Assembly (NCBI GenBank): GCA_965218295.1
Contig: CBDCKN010000003.1
Span: 320,001-384,000 of the forward strand
Direction of reading: 5' to 3'
DNA length: 64,000 nucleotides
Origin: Longimicrobiales bacterium
GTDB lineage: Bacteria; Gemmatimonadota; Gemmatimonadetes; Longimicrobiales; Gaopeijiaceae
This document shows, in pieces, positions 31,751 to 42,384 of this stretch. The first letter of the stretch is position 1. Every line of letters begins with the position of its first letter. The translations under genes were made by a program, and so were the position numbers. The notes beneath the pieces were generated by a model that saw only the letters and a list, made by a program, of their open reading frames with translations, did not search any database and had not been told where the DNA came from.

Positions 31751-33158
31751 CTACCTGGCGGCGAGAATCTGTTGAACCACCACCCGAACGTCGGGGTCCT
31801 TGTCGCCCTTGGCGGCCTCGACGACGCTCATGGCGTGGGGAGTGCCGATGGAGCCGAGGGCCGAGAGCGCGGCCACACGGACCCCGGGAGAGGGCTTGTA
31901 GAAGAAGGATCCGACGGCTCGCTTCTCGATGAGGGGGACGGCCGCGGGATCTCCGAGCTGTCCCAGAGCCCGAAGCGCCTGCTCGATCACGGAATCGTCG
32001 TCGCCGATTTGGAGGATGCCCAGGAGCGGCTTGAAGGCGCGCTCGGCCTTGAGAACCGAGACGGCTCGGGCGGCGGCGGTTCGAACGTCGGCGTACGAGT
32101 CGTTCAGCATTCCCACCACCAACTGAGCCGCATCCTCTCCCCCGATCTTCGCCAGGGAGAGCACGGTCTCGCGACGTACTCGCATGTCCTCGTGGGCCAG
32201 GGTGCCCGTGAGGTGGGCGATGGCCGTCTCTCCGCCACTCTCGCCGAGGACCGCTACCCCGTTCCTGACCACGAACCACCGCGAGTCCTCGAGCATCTCC
32301 TCGACGACCCTCATACCGGACTGCCCGAGGGCCACCAGAGCACCCACGTAGATCTTCCGGGCCAGCCGATCATCGGTCTCGGTAAGCGCATCGGCGATGG
32401 CGGTGGCCATGGGGTCACCCAGCTTGGCGTAGGCATCCACGAGGGCCAATCGCTCGCGCTCGTCCCGGATACTCCCGAGGCGGATGGCCATTCGTATCTG
32501 TAGGACCGCGTTCATGAGCTCGCCCGCCAACGCCTCGGCGTCGGGGTCCGGCACCGGCTGGACCAGGAGCGCGTTCATGGCCCTGGCCAGGCCGTCCAGA
32601 GCGTTGGCGGAGCGGGCCTCTTCCACTGCCGCCCGCAGCGGTTCCGTTAGCGACTGGCGCTGATCGGAGGTCGCCATCAAGTAGCGGGAGGTGGCCTCCT
32701 CAAGCTGCAGCTCCACGGGTGAGCGGGGCTCCTCCTCGAGTTCCTCAGGAGCGGCGTCGGCGGCTTCCACCACTGCCTCCGGCTCCGCTGAGAGTTGGTC
32801 GACCTCGTCCGCCTCGGAGACGGCCTCGAGCTCGATCTCGGGAACCGTCGCCAGCTCCTCCGTCTCGACCTCCGGCTCGGGGAGCTCGACCTCCGGCTCG
32901 GGAGTAGGCGCCTCCGCCTCGGGCTCAGCGGATTCAAGGGCCGGCTCGGGGGCAGGCGCCTCTGCATCGGGCTCGGCGGATTCGAGGGCAGGCTCGGGCT
33001 CAGGCGCCTCTGCCTCCAGCTCGGGCTCCGGTGTGGGCTCGGGCTCCTCCGGGCTGGCGGATTCGTCCACTACCACGTCTTCCTCCTCCAACTCGGCGAA
33101 GAGGGAGTCGATGGAGCGTGCCCAGCCCTTGAGCTCGCGGTCGTCGTCTTGGGGTCAT
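31751..33158 (-). CDS. HEAT-repeat protein with acidic E/P/A-rich N-terminal linker; +1 frameshift in the C4 run just after the ATG
   Basis: WFVVRNGVAVLG and VRRETVLSLAKIG HEAT repeats; ATG 33158 minus one C reads MTQDDDRELKGWARSIDSLFAELEEED into ORF 31751..33091. Confidence 0.75.
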
Positions 33159-33272
33159 GTGGGCGTCGGGGGGAAAAGGGATCGATTGGCCGGTTTCGCC
33201 CAATTTATGCCACGCCCCGGCGAGGCGCGAGAATAATTCGGTGGGGCGGGACGCCGATGACCCCGCTCATCG

Positions 33273-34241
33273 TCAGATTTCCACTGTGGCCCCGAGACCC
33301 ATCCGCTCGGCGGCATCCAGGATACGACCGGCCGCGGCCACGTCCTGAGCGGCGCTCCCGACGGACTTGAAGAGCGTCACCTCGCCCGCGCTCTGACGTC
33401 CCGGACGATCGCCGCTCACCACCTCTCCGAGCTCCGCATGAATCCGGTCCATGGAGAACGCACCCTCGCTGATCGCTTGAACCAGATCGCCGGCTTCCGC
33501 CATGACCGTGGCCCGCGAATCCACCACCACCTTAGCACGCGCGACGAGCACTGCGTCCAGCTCCCTCATGCTCGGCGTGAAGGCACCAACGGCGTTGACG
33601 TGCGCTCCCGGCTCCACCAGCTCGCCGGGAAATACGGGCTCGAGGCTGTCGGTAGCGGTCACGATCACGTGTGCTCCCGCTATGGCGCCACCCGGATCGT
33701 CGAATAGGCTCACCTCCACACCCTCGAGCTCCTCGGCCAACGCCTCTGACTCGGGGACCGACAGAGAGACGATACGGACCTGTCGTATGGGCCGCACTGT
33801 GCGGACCGCCTCGATCTGAGTGCGCGCCTGGGGGCCGGCTCCGAAGACCGCCAGCACGGAGGACTCGTCGACAGCGAGAACCTCGGTCGCCAGGCCACTG
33901 GCGGCCCCCGTCCGGAGGGCGGTGAGGTACGTGCCGTCCATGAGGGCTACGGATAGGCCCGTCTCGCTGTCCAGAACCAGAACCACCGCATTGATGACGG
34001 GCAGTTCCCGGGCTCGGTTGTCCGTGAACACCGAGACGACTTTGGCCGCCAGGTGTCCACCCTCCGGCAGATACCCGGGCATGAACAGGCTCACACCCTT
34101 CTCGGTTGATACCGCCACTCGATCGGGCACCACGGCGTCCCCCGACGAGAGCTGGGTGAAAGCCGTCCTCATGGCGTCGATGGCCCCGCGCATGTCCAGG
34201 CACGCGCGTATGTCGGCCGCCGTCAGGATCCGTAGTTGCAT
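33273..34241 (-). CDS. Ornithine cyclodeaminase / mu-crystallin family protein
   Basis: LTALRTGAASG, FGAGPQA, HVNAVGA, FKSVGSAAQD. Confidence 0.9.
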   Translation of the reverse strand: MQLRILTAADIRACLDMRGAIDAMRTAFTQLSSGDAVVPDRVAVSTEKGVSLFMPGYLPEGGHLAAKVVSVFTDNRARELPVINAVVLVLDSETGLSVALMDGTYLTALRTGAASGLATEVLAVDESSVLAVFGAGPQARTQIEAVRTVRPIRQVRIVSLSVPESEALAEELEGVEVSLFDDPGGAIAGAHVIVTATDSLEPVFPGELVEPGAHVNAVGAFTPSMRELDAVLVARAKVVVDSRATVMAEAGDLVQAISEGAFSMDRIHAELGEVVSGDRPGRQSAGEVTLFKSVGSAAQDVAAAGRILDAAERMGLGATVEI

Positions 34242-34336
34242 GACATCTGTCCCGGAAGAAGGTTGGGAAAGGTCGTCCGTCCGCGGCCATTCAGCCAGGA
34301 CCTCCAGCACACACCCTCTGACCGGGACTCATCAAG

Positions 34337-35506
34337 GTGGAACGTAGCGCGGTGGTAGTCGTCGGCGGGGGCGTGTTCGGGGCCACTGCCGCCCTGGAGC
34401 TACGGGCCCGCGGGCACGCGGTGACGCTCCTGGACCCGGGGCCCCTTCCCCATCCCGACGCCAGCTCCACCGACATCAGCAAGGTCATCCGCGCCGAGTA
34501 CGGCCCGGACACCTTCTACGCCCGGCTGGTCCGGCAGTGCATCGACAGATGGCACGAGTGGAATGCGGAGGCCGGCCGGACGCTCTATCACGAGACGGGG
34601 TTTCTCGTCCTGGCGCGGGAGGAGATGCGGCGCGGTGGCTTCGAGCACGAGAGCTGGGAGGTGCTGGCCGAGCTGGGGCATCCGATCGAGAGGCTGGCCC
34701 CCGGAGAGTTCACCCGTCGCTTCCCGGCCTGGAAGGAGGACTGTTACGCGGACGGGTACTTCAACCGCCGAGCCGGGTGGGCGGAGAGTGGCAGCGTGGT
34801 TTCGTGGCTCCTCACCAAGGCCCGGGACGCCGGTGTGCGCATCGTGGAGGGCCAGACCATGGAGGCCCTCCGGGAGGACGGCTCACGCGTCTCGGGCATC
34901 GTTACCGACGGCGGCGAAGAGCACTCCGCCGATGTGGTCGTGGTTGCCGCGGGCGCGTGGACACCCACGCTGCTTCCATGGCTGACCGATGTGCTCAGGT
35001 GCGTGGGGCAACCGGTCTACCACTTCCGACCGCCGGATCTGGAGCCGTTCCGCCCGGAGCGCTTCCCACCCTGGTGCGCAGACATCGCCAACACGGGCTG
35101 GTACGGCTTTCCCGTACAGCCCGACGGGACCTTGAAGATCGCCAATCACGGCGACGGAATCCGGATCGATCCCCGCAGCGAAAAGGTGGTCCCACTGGAG
35201 AACGACGAGAAGTTTCGAGGCTTCCTGCGCGAAACGTTCGAGGGGATCGCCGACGCCCCGATCCTCAAACGGCGCCTCTGCCTCTACTGCGACACGTGGG
35301 ACGGCGACTTCTGGATCGACCGGGATCCCGATCGTGAGGGACTGGTCGTGGCCGCCGGCGGTAGCGGTCACGGTTTCAAGTTCGCCCCGATGCTGGGCGA
35401 GATCATCGCGGATGTCGTGGAGGGCAAGGAGAATCCGTGGGCCTCACGCTTCCGCTGGAGGACTCCCGGTGAGCTCAAAACCGAGGCGGCGCGATACACG
35501 AGCTGA
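34337..35506 (+). CDS. FAD-dependent amine oxidase (sarcosine/pipecolate/fructosyl-amine oxidase family)
   Basis: VVGGGVFG, ASSTDISKVIRAEY, AAGAW, CLYCDT, GGSGHGFKFAP. Confidence 0.85.
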   Translation: MERSAVVVVGGGVFGATAALELRARGHAVTLLDPGPLPHPDASSTDISKVIRAEYGPDTFYARLVRQCIDRWHEWNAEAGRTLYHETGFLVLAREEMRRGGFEHESWEVLAELGHPIERLAPGEFTRRFPAWKEDCYADGYFNRRAGWAESGSVVSWLLTKARDAGVRIVEGQTMEALREDGSRVSGIVTDGGEEHSADVVVVAAGAWTPTLLPWLTDVLRCVGQPVYHFRPPDLEPFRPERFPPWCADIANTGWYGFPVQPDGTLKIANHGDGIRIDPRSEKVVPLENDEKFRGFLRETFEGIADAPILKRRLCLYCDTWDGDFWIDRDPDREGLVVAAGGSGHGFKFAPMLGEIIADVVEGKENPWASRFRWRTPGELKTEAARYTS

Positions 35507-35532
35507 CCGGTCGGGAGCTACCTGAGAACGCT

Positions 35533-35593
35533 GAGGCCTGCTGAAGCAGTACAGTGGGTCGCGCACAGGCGCTGTACTCCTTCAGCAGGCCTC
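35533..35593. repeat. Short palindrome with GAGGCCTG(C/T)TGA ends between convergent genes; possible bidirectional terminator or MITE remnant
   Basis: GAGGCCTGCTGAAG...CTTCAGCAGGCCTC; same end motif as 23833-25628; abuts a TAG stop. Confidence 0.6.
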
Positions 35594-38208
35594 TACGGAA
35601 CCGTGATCCACGCCCAGTCCCAACTCTCGAGACCCCTTCGATTGACGGCCTTCACCCCGATCTGCGAACCGGTCAGGACGTCTTCCAGGAGAGCCCGGGG
35701 AGCCTCGCCGGCGAGCATCGTGACCTGCTCCTCCGCCTCGGATCCATCTGCCCGCGTATACCGGAGGCGGTAGTCCTCGACGCCGCTCTCGGCCGCCGCC
35801 GCCCAGGTCAGCTGCACTCCTACACGACTCCGCCGCACCTCGAGTCCGGAGAGACGAGCCGGACTCGACGCCAGCAGCATGATGGTGGCGACGGTGGTCC
35901 GGCTCACCTCGGCCACGAGCTGGTGATTGATGGTGGAGAGGCGGTCCGAGGCCTCGTGGTAGTTAGGGTTGCCCAGCACGGGATACGACCCGATCCCTCC
36001 GACGATGTCCCCGTAGACTTCGTAATAGGAGTGGGCGTCGGTGTTCTTGTAGTAGAGGGCGTCGTAGGTGATGAGGTCGGAGAAGAGGGCCGCAGCGGCG
36101 TGCTGAACGTCACGGATACCCGGGTTCGAGTAGCGAATCGTGTTGTCCAATCGGTGGTCGTTGGCCCAGCCGATCATGTCGTTGTTCAGGGCGCAGACGA
36201 TCTGCTTCTCGTCCTCCACGGCCCTTCGCACATACTCCCGGCTCCCCAGGAGTCTCGCTTCCTCTCCCGTGAAGAATGCCAACTCGATGGATATGGGGAG
36301 CGCCCTGCCCGCCAGCACCCTGGCCACCTCGATAAGCGCGGCGGCGCCCGAAGTGTTGTCGTCGGCCCCAGGCCCCCTGCGTACCGAGTCGAAGTGGCTG
36401 CTCACCACACACACCAGCTCGGGATCGGTGCTGCCCTCGATACGGACGATGACGTTGGCGCTGGTGACTCCGGGCTGCGGCTCGAACCACTGGAGCTCCG
36501 GGCTGTAGCCGAAGCCCTCGAGGGTGGTGGTGAGGTAGTCGATGGCCTGTGCGTTTCCGGGCTCGGTGATGTACTTCGACCCGAAGGCGAAGAGACCCGC
36601 TTCGTAGCGATAGATACGGTTCACGGAGATCTGGTCTGCGACCGCCGCGATGTCGTCGCGAACGGAAGCGAACATCATCTCACCGTGGGCCATGAGCCGT
36701 CGCTCGGCCGCCAGATTCCGCTCGAGCCTCTCGCGCACGGCCTCCTTGGTGACGGTACGGGCGAGGTCCACCACATAGACTCCCCGCTCCGGCGATACCG
36801 TATCGCCGTCCCTCTCCGACACGATCACAACCTTGCTGCCGCCTCCTCCTACCTCCCACTCGTACTCGGGGGCGATGGTACGCACCGTGTTGTTGTGAAA
36901 GAGCTTGGTCACCGACCCGTTTCGAAGGTCGTAGATGAAGGAGCGCCGGTGCCGGCCTTCTCCCTTGGCCGCCAGGATGCGATTCCCGCTCAAGAACCGG
37001 GGGAAGAGGTCGTGTTGGATCTCGCTGGAGACCTGCCACTCCTCCATGGAGCCATCGGTGGGCGACACGAAGATCTCCCAGTTCTCGTGGACCCGCTTCT
37101 GGTACGCGATGAGGCTGCCGTCCAGTGACACAGCCAGGCTGGTAATGGGACTCGAGGATCGCAGCACGACCGTGGTGGACTGCATGGCGCGCCTCGGGGC
37201 GACCGTCATCGGCTCGACCGAGGCCGCCTCGATGGTCCAGCTGTCGCTCCCCTGGGTCATGAACGCCAGGACGGTGCCCGAGGCCGAGTACACGGGCCCG
37301 GTCCCGGCGAAGCCGTAGACCTCTTCTTCCTGCAGATCGACCAGGGCAAAGCCTCCTCCCTCATCGTCCGCGAATCGCTCGGTTCCCGGCGCCTGCGGTA
37401 GAGGATTCTCGGACGGACGCTGGTAAAGCAAGTAGCGGCCGCCAGGGATCGCCTGCGGCGACGCCTTGAAGCCTCGACCGGCGAGGGCGGTCTCGGGCAC
37501 GAGCCGGAACGCCCGGACCGTGTAGATGTCGTTTGTCCGATTCTCCCCCAGACGCCCTGCGGCCAGGAACAGAGTCCGACCGTCTGATGAGTAGGTCATG
37601 CCCACCGGGACGATATCGCCCAGGAACACCTCTCGCTCCGTGCCGGTCTGAATGTCCCGAATCCAGAGGGACGTGTTGAGAGCCTCGATCCAGCGGATCT
37701 CGGCCTCGGCCTCCAAGAAGGCGGCCCGGTCGCCCCGTGCCCCAGAGGCGTCCAGCAGGGCCTGTTGTGCGGCGGCCATGTCACCGGTGCGTTCGACCCG
37801 GAGGAAAGCAACGGTCCCGATAGACGACATCGTCGGGCTGTGACCCTCAAAGGTGGATAGGACCCTGGGCGTATCTCCCAGCTCGAAGAGGGCGATGCTG
37901 GGCTCCGTGCCGCGGCCCACCGCGTACGTCCCATGCCGCCCATCGGGGCTCACCCGGATGTCCGATCCGGCGTCCGTGAGCTCCGTCACCTCGTAGAGCT
38001 CACCGGTGAGCAGCGCAATCCCGTCCTTCAGGCGATCGCCGGCCCGGCCGTTTAAGGCCGCTAGATACCCCTCCAGGGCCGCCACATACTCCCCTCGGTC
38101 CCAGGCGTAGTACGCCTCCTGGAGCTCAGGGGAGACGGTCTGGGCGTGGGTGGGCGCACCAACCACGGAGACCAGCAGAGTGACGAGCAGTGCGGTCCCG
38201 AATCTCAT
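35593..38208 (-). CDS. Secreted M28 family peptidase with TolB-like propeller N-terminus
   Basis: Signal peptide; SHFDS, GADDNTSG, FTGEEARLLGS, LNNDMIG, YHEASD. Confidence 0.85.
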   Translation of the reverse strand: MRFGTALLVTLLVSVVGAPTHAQTVSPELQEAYYAWDRGEYVAALEGYLAALNGRAGDRLKDGIALLTGELYEVTELTDAGSDIRVSPDGRHGTYAVGRGTEPSIALFELGDTPRVLSTFEGHSPTMSSIGTVAFLRVERTGDMAAAQQALLDASGARGDRAAFLEAEAEIRWIEALNTSLWIRDIQTGTEREVFLGDIVPVGMTYSSDGRTLFLAAGRLGENRTNDIYTVRAFRLVPETALAGRGFKASPQAIPGGRYLLYQRPSENPLPQAPGTERFADDEGGGFALVDLQEEEVYGFAGTGPVYSASGTVLAFMTQGSDSWTIEAASVEPMTVAPRRAMQSTTVVLRSSSPITSLAVSLDGSLIAYQKRVHENWEIFVSPTDGSMEEWQVSSEIQHDLFPRFLSGNRILAAKGEGRHRRSFIYDLRNGSVTKLFHNNTVRTIAPEYEWEVGGGGSKVVIVSERDGDTVSPERGVYVVDLARTVTKEAVRERLERNLAAERRLMAHGEMMFASVRDDIAAVADQISVNRIYRYEAGLFAFGSKYITEPGNAQAIDYLTTTLEGFGYSPELQWFEPQPGVTSANVIVRIEGSTDPELVCVVSSHFDSVRRGPGADDNTSGAAALIEVARVLAGRALPISIELAFFTGEEARLLGSREYVRRAVEDEKQIVCALNNDMIGWANDHRLDNTIRYSNPGIRDVQHAAAALFSDLITYDALYYKNTDAHSYYEVYGDIVGGIGSYPVLGNPNYHEASDRLSTINHQLVAEVSRTTVATIMLLASSPARLSGLEVRRSRVGVQLTWAAAAESGVEDYRLRYTRADGSEAEEQVTMLAGEAPRALLEDVLTGSQIGVKAVNRRGLESWDWAWITVP

Positions 38209-38281
38209 GTCATCGGCTCCTGGAGGAAGCCCCTGTAGTACGCCTCATGCTCTGACGGGCTCGGTCTTCCGATGAGTGGGG

Positions 38282-38575
38282 TCATCGTGAGCTCCTCGTG
38301 AAGATCAACGTGTTGCCGGATGGGAATGCCAGGGTAAGCCGGTGGCCTTCGACGTATGCACTGGCAGGCTCCTCAGACGCGTCTTCCAGATCGCGGTAGA
38401 CCATTCGGAGCGGCGCCTCCTCGAGCGCCTCCATGGCCTCACCGGTGGAGAAGTTGTGAAGGTGCCAGAAGGTAAGCGCGTCCCCTTCGAGGGTATAGGT
38501 GCCTCCCTCGGCCGAGCCTCTCTTGATCTCACCCTCCTCGTCGACCACGAAGAACACGACCTGCCAATCGGACTA
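38282..38575 (-). pseudogene. 3' fragment of a hypothetical beta-rich protein
   Basis: WQVVFFVVDEEGEIKRGSAEGGTYTLEGD...; in-frame stop just upstream, no plausible 5' end. Confidence 0.4.
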
Positions 38576-38589
38576 TACGAAGACGTTTC

Positions 38590-38788
38590 ACATGCGATTG
38601 TACGGCTCGCCGGCTACGTCACGGGTACGGACGAGGGCCCCACAGACCAGGCTCGAGAGGTGTTCGATATGCTCCGGAGTGAGCTGGAGGACTACCAGCG
38701 GCAAATGGAGGCCCTCTCGGTGGAGGACGTCGCTCGTTTCAACCGGCTCCTGGACGACCGGGGGATCGAGCCTATCGGCCAGAACTAG
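38590..38788 (+). pseudogene. C-terminal fragment resembling the tail of VPS10/BNR-repeat glycosyl hydrolases
   Basis: LAGYVTGTDEGPTDQAREVF...DVARFNRLLDDRGIEPI; no 5' part present. Confidence 0.45.
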
Positions 38789-38820
38789 CCGCCGGTCGAA
38801 AGGGGGAGGCGGATAGGCTC

Positions 38821-39045
38821 CTAGCGTCGCCTGAGCAGTACCGAAAGGACGATGCCGGCGGCGATGGCCAATCCGAGTACGGTCTTCGCCGTCTCGCTGA
38901 GCCGGTCCTCGAGCTCCTCGATGGCCTCACGGCCGGTGGGAGCCGACGGGTCCTGACTGATATGCACCGCGCAGAAGTCGGAGCCCTCGAGGGCGTTGAG
39001 CCGACACTGCGTCCCCTTCTTCGTCGTAGCGTTACAGCGTGCCAC
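38821..39045 (-). CDS. Small Cys/His protein with C-terminal TM anchor (DUF5763-like)
   Basis: RCNATTKKGTQC...FCAVH; GGAGG RBS upstream. Confidence 0.7.
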   Translation of the reverse strand: MARCNATTKKGTQCRLNALEGSDFCAVHISQDPSAPTGREAIEELEDRLSETAKTVLGLAIAAGIVLSVLLRRR

Positions 39046-39176
39046 CGACCAACCTCCTCACCCTGTCAGGCGTTCTCGACGCCCGGTGTCAGTATTCCCA
39101 CATCAAACATACGTACGACTCGAAGGTCCTGATTCATCATGACGTGATGTGAGGTGGTGGGAAAGGGCCCAAATCC

Positions 39177-40763
39177 CTACGAGCTGAACTCGATTCCCTG
39201 GGCCAAGGGCAACTCGGTGCCCCAGTTCACCGTGTTGGTCTGGCGGCGCATGTACGCCTTCCAGGCATCGGAGCCGGACTCCCGACCGCCACCCGTCTCC
39301 TTTTCGCCCCCGAAAGCGCCGCCGATCTCGGCGCCGCTCGTGCCGATGTTCACGTTCGCGATCCCGCAGTCGCTCCCTCGGTGCGACAGGAAGTACTCGG
39401 CCTCGCGAACGTGGTCCGTGAAGATCGCCGAGGAGAGCCCCTGGGGAACGCCGTTGTGGATGTCCATGGCTTCGTCGAGCTCGTCCACCGCCTCCCCGGG
39501 AGACGAAGACGCATCGCCGTAGCCGATGATGTAGAGAATTGGAGCGAAGGTCTCTTCCTGGATGATGTCGTACTCGTTCTTGGCGGTGGCGATGCAGGGG
39601 GTCACGTAGTGCCCGCCCGGGTATTCGTCTCCTTCCAGGCGCTCGCCACCGTAAAGGATCTCCCCACCTTCCTCCTGCACGCGCTGGACGGCACCTTCGA
39701 GATCGTCCACGGCTCCTCGGTTCACGAGCGGCCCCATGAGCGTATCGGCCTCCCGCGGGTCTCCGATCCGGACTCCGTCGTAGGCGCGCGTGAGCCGGGC
39801 CACAAGCTCCTCACGCACGGACTCGTGGACGATGATGCGCCGCGTGCTGGTGCAGCGCTGCCCGGCAGTACCCACCGAGCCGAAGAGGATACCGGACAAC
39901 GCCAGGTCCAGGTTGGCATGAGGGGTCACGATGATGGCGTTGTTGCCGCCGAGCTCGAGGATGGTGCGTCCCAGCCGCTTGCCGACGACCTCGGCCACCC
40001 GATAGCCCACGGCGCAGCTTCCGGTGGCAGACACCAGGGGCACTCGGCGATCATGGAGAAGCCGGTCACCAACGGTCGCCCCCTTCCCCACCGTCAGGGA
40101 GAAGATGGCCGGGTCGACTCCGTTCTCCTCACAGACCGCCTGGGCGATCGTCGTCACGGCGATGGCCGTGAGGGGCGTCTGGCTGGCCGGCTTCCACAGG
40201 ACGGAATCACCACAGACGGAGGCCAGGGCCGCATTCCAGCTCCACACGGCCACCGGAAAGTTGAAGGCGCTGATCACGCCCACCACTCCCAGCGGATGCC
40301 ACTGCTCCATCATGCGATGGTCCTGGCGCTCCGACGCGATGGTGAGCCCGTAGAGCTGCCGGGAGAGTCCCGTGGCGAAGTCGCAGATATCGATCATCTC
40401 CTGGACCTCACCCTCACCCTCGGCCTGGATCTTGCCCATCTCCAGGGTGACCAAGGCACCCAAATCGGACTTCAGCGCACGGAGTCGCTCTCCCAACTGC
40501 CGGACGAGATCGCCCCGCCTGGGTGCCGGCACGGTCCGCCAGTGGAGGAAGGCCTCATGGGCCCGGTCCACGATCCGGTCATATTCGTCCTCGGTGACCT
40601 GCTGAACGGTCGCGATGACCGATCCATCGATGGGAGTTGTGACCTCGAGCTCGGGGCCCGAGCCCATCCATTCTCCGCAGAATCCGCCGAGGTTGCGCTC
40701 CTCGATGCCGAGGCTCTTCAGGACATCTCTCATCGGTTTTCCTATATGGATATGGCCGGTCAC
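39177..40763 (-). CDS. ALDH7-type aldehyde dehydrogenase (piperideine-6-carboxylate/aminoadipate semialdehyde); alternative start 40733
   Basis: ISAFNFPVAVWSWN, LELGGNNA, GTAGQRCT, GSDCGIANVNIGTSGAEIGGAFGGEKETGGGRESGSDAWK. Confidence 0.9.
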   Translation of the reverse strand: MTGHIHIGKPMRDVLKSLGIEERNLGGFCGEWMGSGPELEVTTPIDGSVIATVQQVTEDEYDRIVDRAHEAFLHWRTVPAPRRGDLVRQLGERLRALKSDLGALVTLEMGKIQAEGEGEVQEMIDICDFATGLSRQLYGLTIASERQDHRMMEQWHPLGVVGVISAFNFPVAVWSWNAALASVCGDSVLWKPASQTPLTAIAVTTIAQAVCEENGVDPAIFSLTVGKGATVGDRLLHDRRVPLVSATGSCAVGYRVAEVVGKRLGRTILELGGNNAIIVTPHANLDLALSGILFGSVGTAGQRCTSTRRIIVHESVREELVARLTRAYDGVRIGDPREADTLMGPLVNRGAVDDLEGAVQRVQEEGGEILYGGERLEGDEYPGGHYVTPCIATAKNEYDIIQEETFAPILYIIGYGDASSSPGEAVDELDEAMDIHNGVPQGLSSAIFTDHVREAEYFLSHRGSDCGIANVNIGTSGAEIGGAFGGEKETGGGRESGSDAWKAYMRRQTNTVNWGTELPLAQGIEFSS

Positions 40764-41199
40764 GAACCCGTGTCCGGCCCAGTCGACTCAGGTGAGAGGG
40801 AGCAGGTAAGATCGCCCGATCCCGGCGGGGTGTCTATCTGAGCGAATCGAGGAGCCGGCCAGCCTCCTCCGTTGCCAGCGCGAGGGCCTCCAACAGCCGG
40901 TTCCGCTCTCGCACCAGAGTCGTTTCGGCGAAGAGCTAGCGATCGCTGGCCGGATCTTCCTCCGCCAGGATCTCCACCGGCGCCAACCGGGTAGCAGGCC
41001 CACGGCGAAGCCGGGATCCGGATGGAACGGGTCCGCTGGAAGTGATCCCCCGACGGCTTCGAACTCCGGCGCTTCACTACGGTATGACAGGCGTCGCCGC
41101 CCAAGGGGGCAAGTGGAATCGCCGGCCGAAGGGACGGGGAGAGGGGTGGCCCGGAGGGTGGATCTCGGAGCCCCTCGAGAACTCGAAGGAGGGGTAAAC

Positions 41200-42384
41200 G
41201 TGAAGACAGAATCCAGGACCCTGAACACCGCGTCCATTCACGCCGGCTCGCGGCGACCTCGATTGGACGGTGCGGTCGTGATGCCCGTGTTCCGCTCGAG
41301 CACGTACGAGTATCACGGGGAGAGCTACCACGACGTGGGGTACCTCCGCCTGAGCAACAGCCCGAACCATCGGGTTCTCCACGAGCGGATCGCGACCCTC
41401 GAGGGCTCGGAGGACGCCCTGTGCACCGGGAGTGGGATGTCGGCCATCTCGGCTGCACTGCTCACCGTCCTCTCCACAGGCGATCATCTGCTGGTTCAGG
41501 ACTGCTTGTACGGGGGCACCACGGGCCTGCTCCAGAACGACTTCCCCCGCTGGGGCATCGGTCACACGGCTATCGATCCGCAGGATCCCGGCTCGTGGGA
41601 GGCGATGCTGCAGCCGAACACCAGGGTCATCTACGTGGAGACGCTGACCAACCCACTCGTCCAGGTCGCGGACCTGGAGGCCGCGGTGCGCTTCGCCCGG
41701 GAGCACCACCTCTTGTCCATCATCGACAACACCTTCGCCAGTCCGGTGAACTTCCGCCCGGTCGAGCACGGCTTCGACCTGTCCGTGGAGAGTTGTACCA
41801 AGTACATGAACGGGCACAACGACATCGTGGCAGGCTCGATGGCGGGCTCGGCGGACCTCGTCCGGCGAATCAAGCACACGCTCGACCACCTTGGAGGGAC
41901 CCTGGACCCCGACTCGTGCTTCCTGCTGGAGCGGGGTCTCAAGACGCTGGCGCTCAGGGTCGAGCATCAGAACGCCAGTGCCATGGAGATCGCGGAATTC
42001 CTGGAGCAGCACGCTGCGGTCTCACGTGTGCACCACCCGAGTCTGGCGTCCCACGCGCAGCACGACCGTGCGGCTCGGTTGTTCGAGGGATTCGGCGGCA
42101 TGCTCTCCTTCGAGCTGGCGGGCGGAGTCCGGACCGCCGAAGATTTCCTCGGAGCCCTGACAATTCCAGCCGTGGCAGCCTCGCTGGGTGGGGCCGAGTC
42201 GCTCATCGTGCGGCCCGCCACGGCCATCCACGGAGCCCTCTCTCCCAAAGAGCGCGCCAAGAGCGGAGTCACCGACGGGCTGATTCGCTTCTCGGTGGGC
42301 CTGGAGGGGTCTTCAGATCTGATCGCGGACCTGGAGCAGGCCCTGGAGGCGGCTGCGGCGACCCCGTCCGTCGCCAAGCGATGA
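41200..42384 (+). CDS. Cys/Met metabolism PLP enzyme (cystathionine/methionine gamma-lyase family)
   Basis: YLRLSNSP, SGMSAI, DNTFASP, SCTKYMNGHND, SLGGAESL, RFSVGLE; AAGGAGG RBS. Confidence 0.9.
   Translation: MKTESRTLNTASIHAGSRRPRLDGAVVMPVFRSSTYEYHGESYHDVGYLRLSNSPNHRVLHERIATLEGSEDALCTGSGMSAISAALLTVLSTGDHLLVQDCLYGGTTGLLQNDFPRWGIGHTAIDPQDPGSWEAMLQPNTRVIYVETLTNPLVQVADLEAAVRFAREHHLLSIIDNTFASPVNFRPVEHGFDLSVESCTKYMNGHNDIVAGSMAGSADLVRRIKHTLDHLGGTLDPDSCFLLERGLKTLALRVEHQNASAMEIAEFLEQHAAVSRVHHPSLASHAQHDRAARLFEGFGGMLSFELAGGVRTAEDFLGALTIPAVAASLGGAESLIVRPATAIHGALSPKERAKSGVTDGLIRFSVGLEGSSDLIADLEQALEAAAATPSVAKR

Noticed and set aside
32880..33050. Tandem repeats as a mobile or regulatory array
   Set aside because: In-frame low-complexity APEPALESAEP repeats of the HEAT protein linker
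41085..41199. SAM riboswitch upstream of the Cys/Met PLP enzyme
   Set aside because: Purine-rich leader with hairpins, but the conserved SAM-I elements (ATC-AGAG start, GCAACC, GTGC) are not recognisable
40788..41237. Possible small gene upstream of the ALDH
   Set aside because: No convincing start or RBS and no recognisable motif
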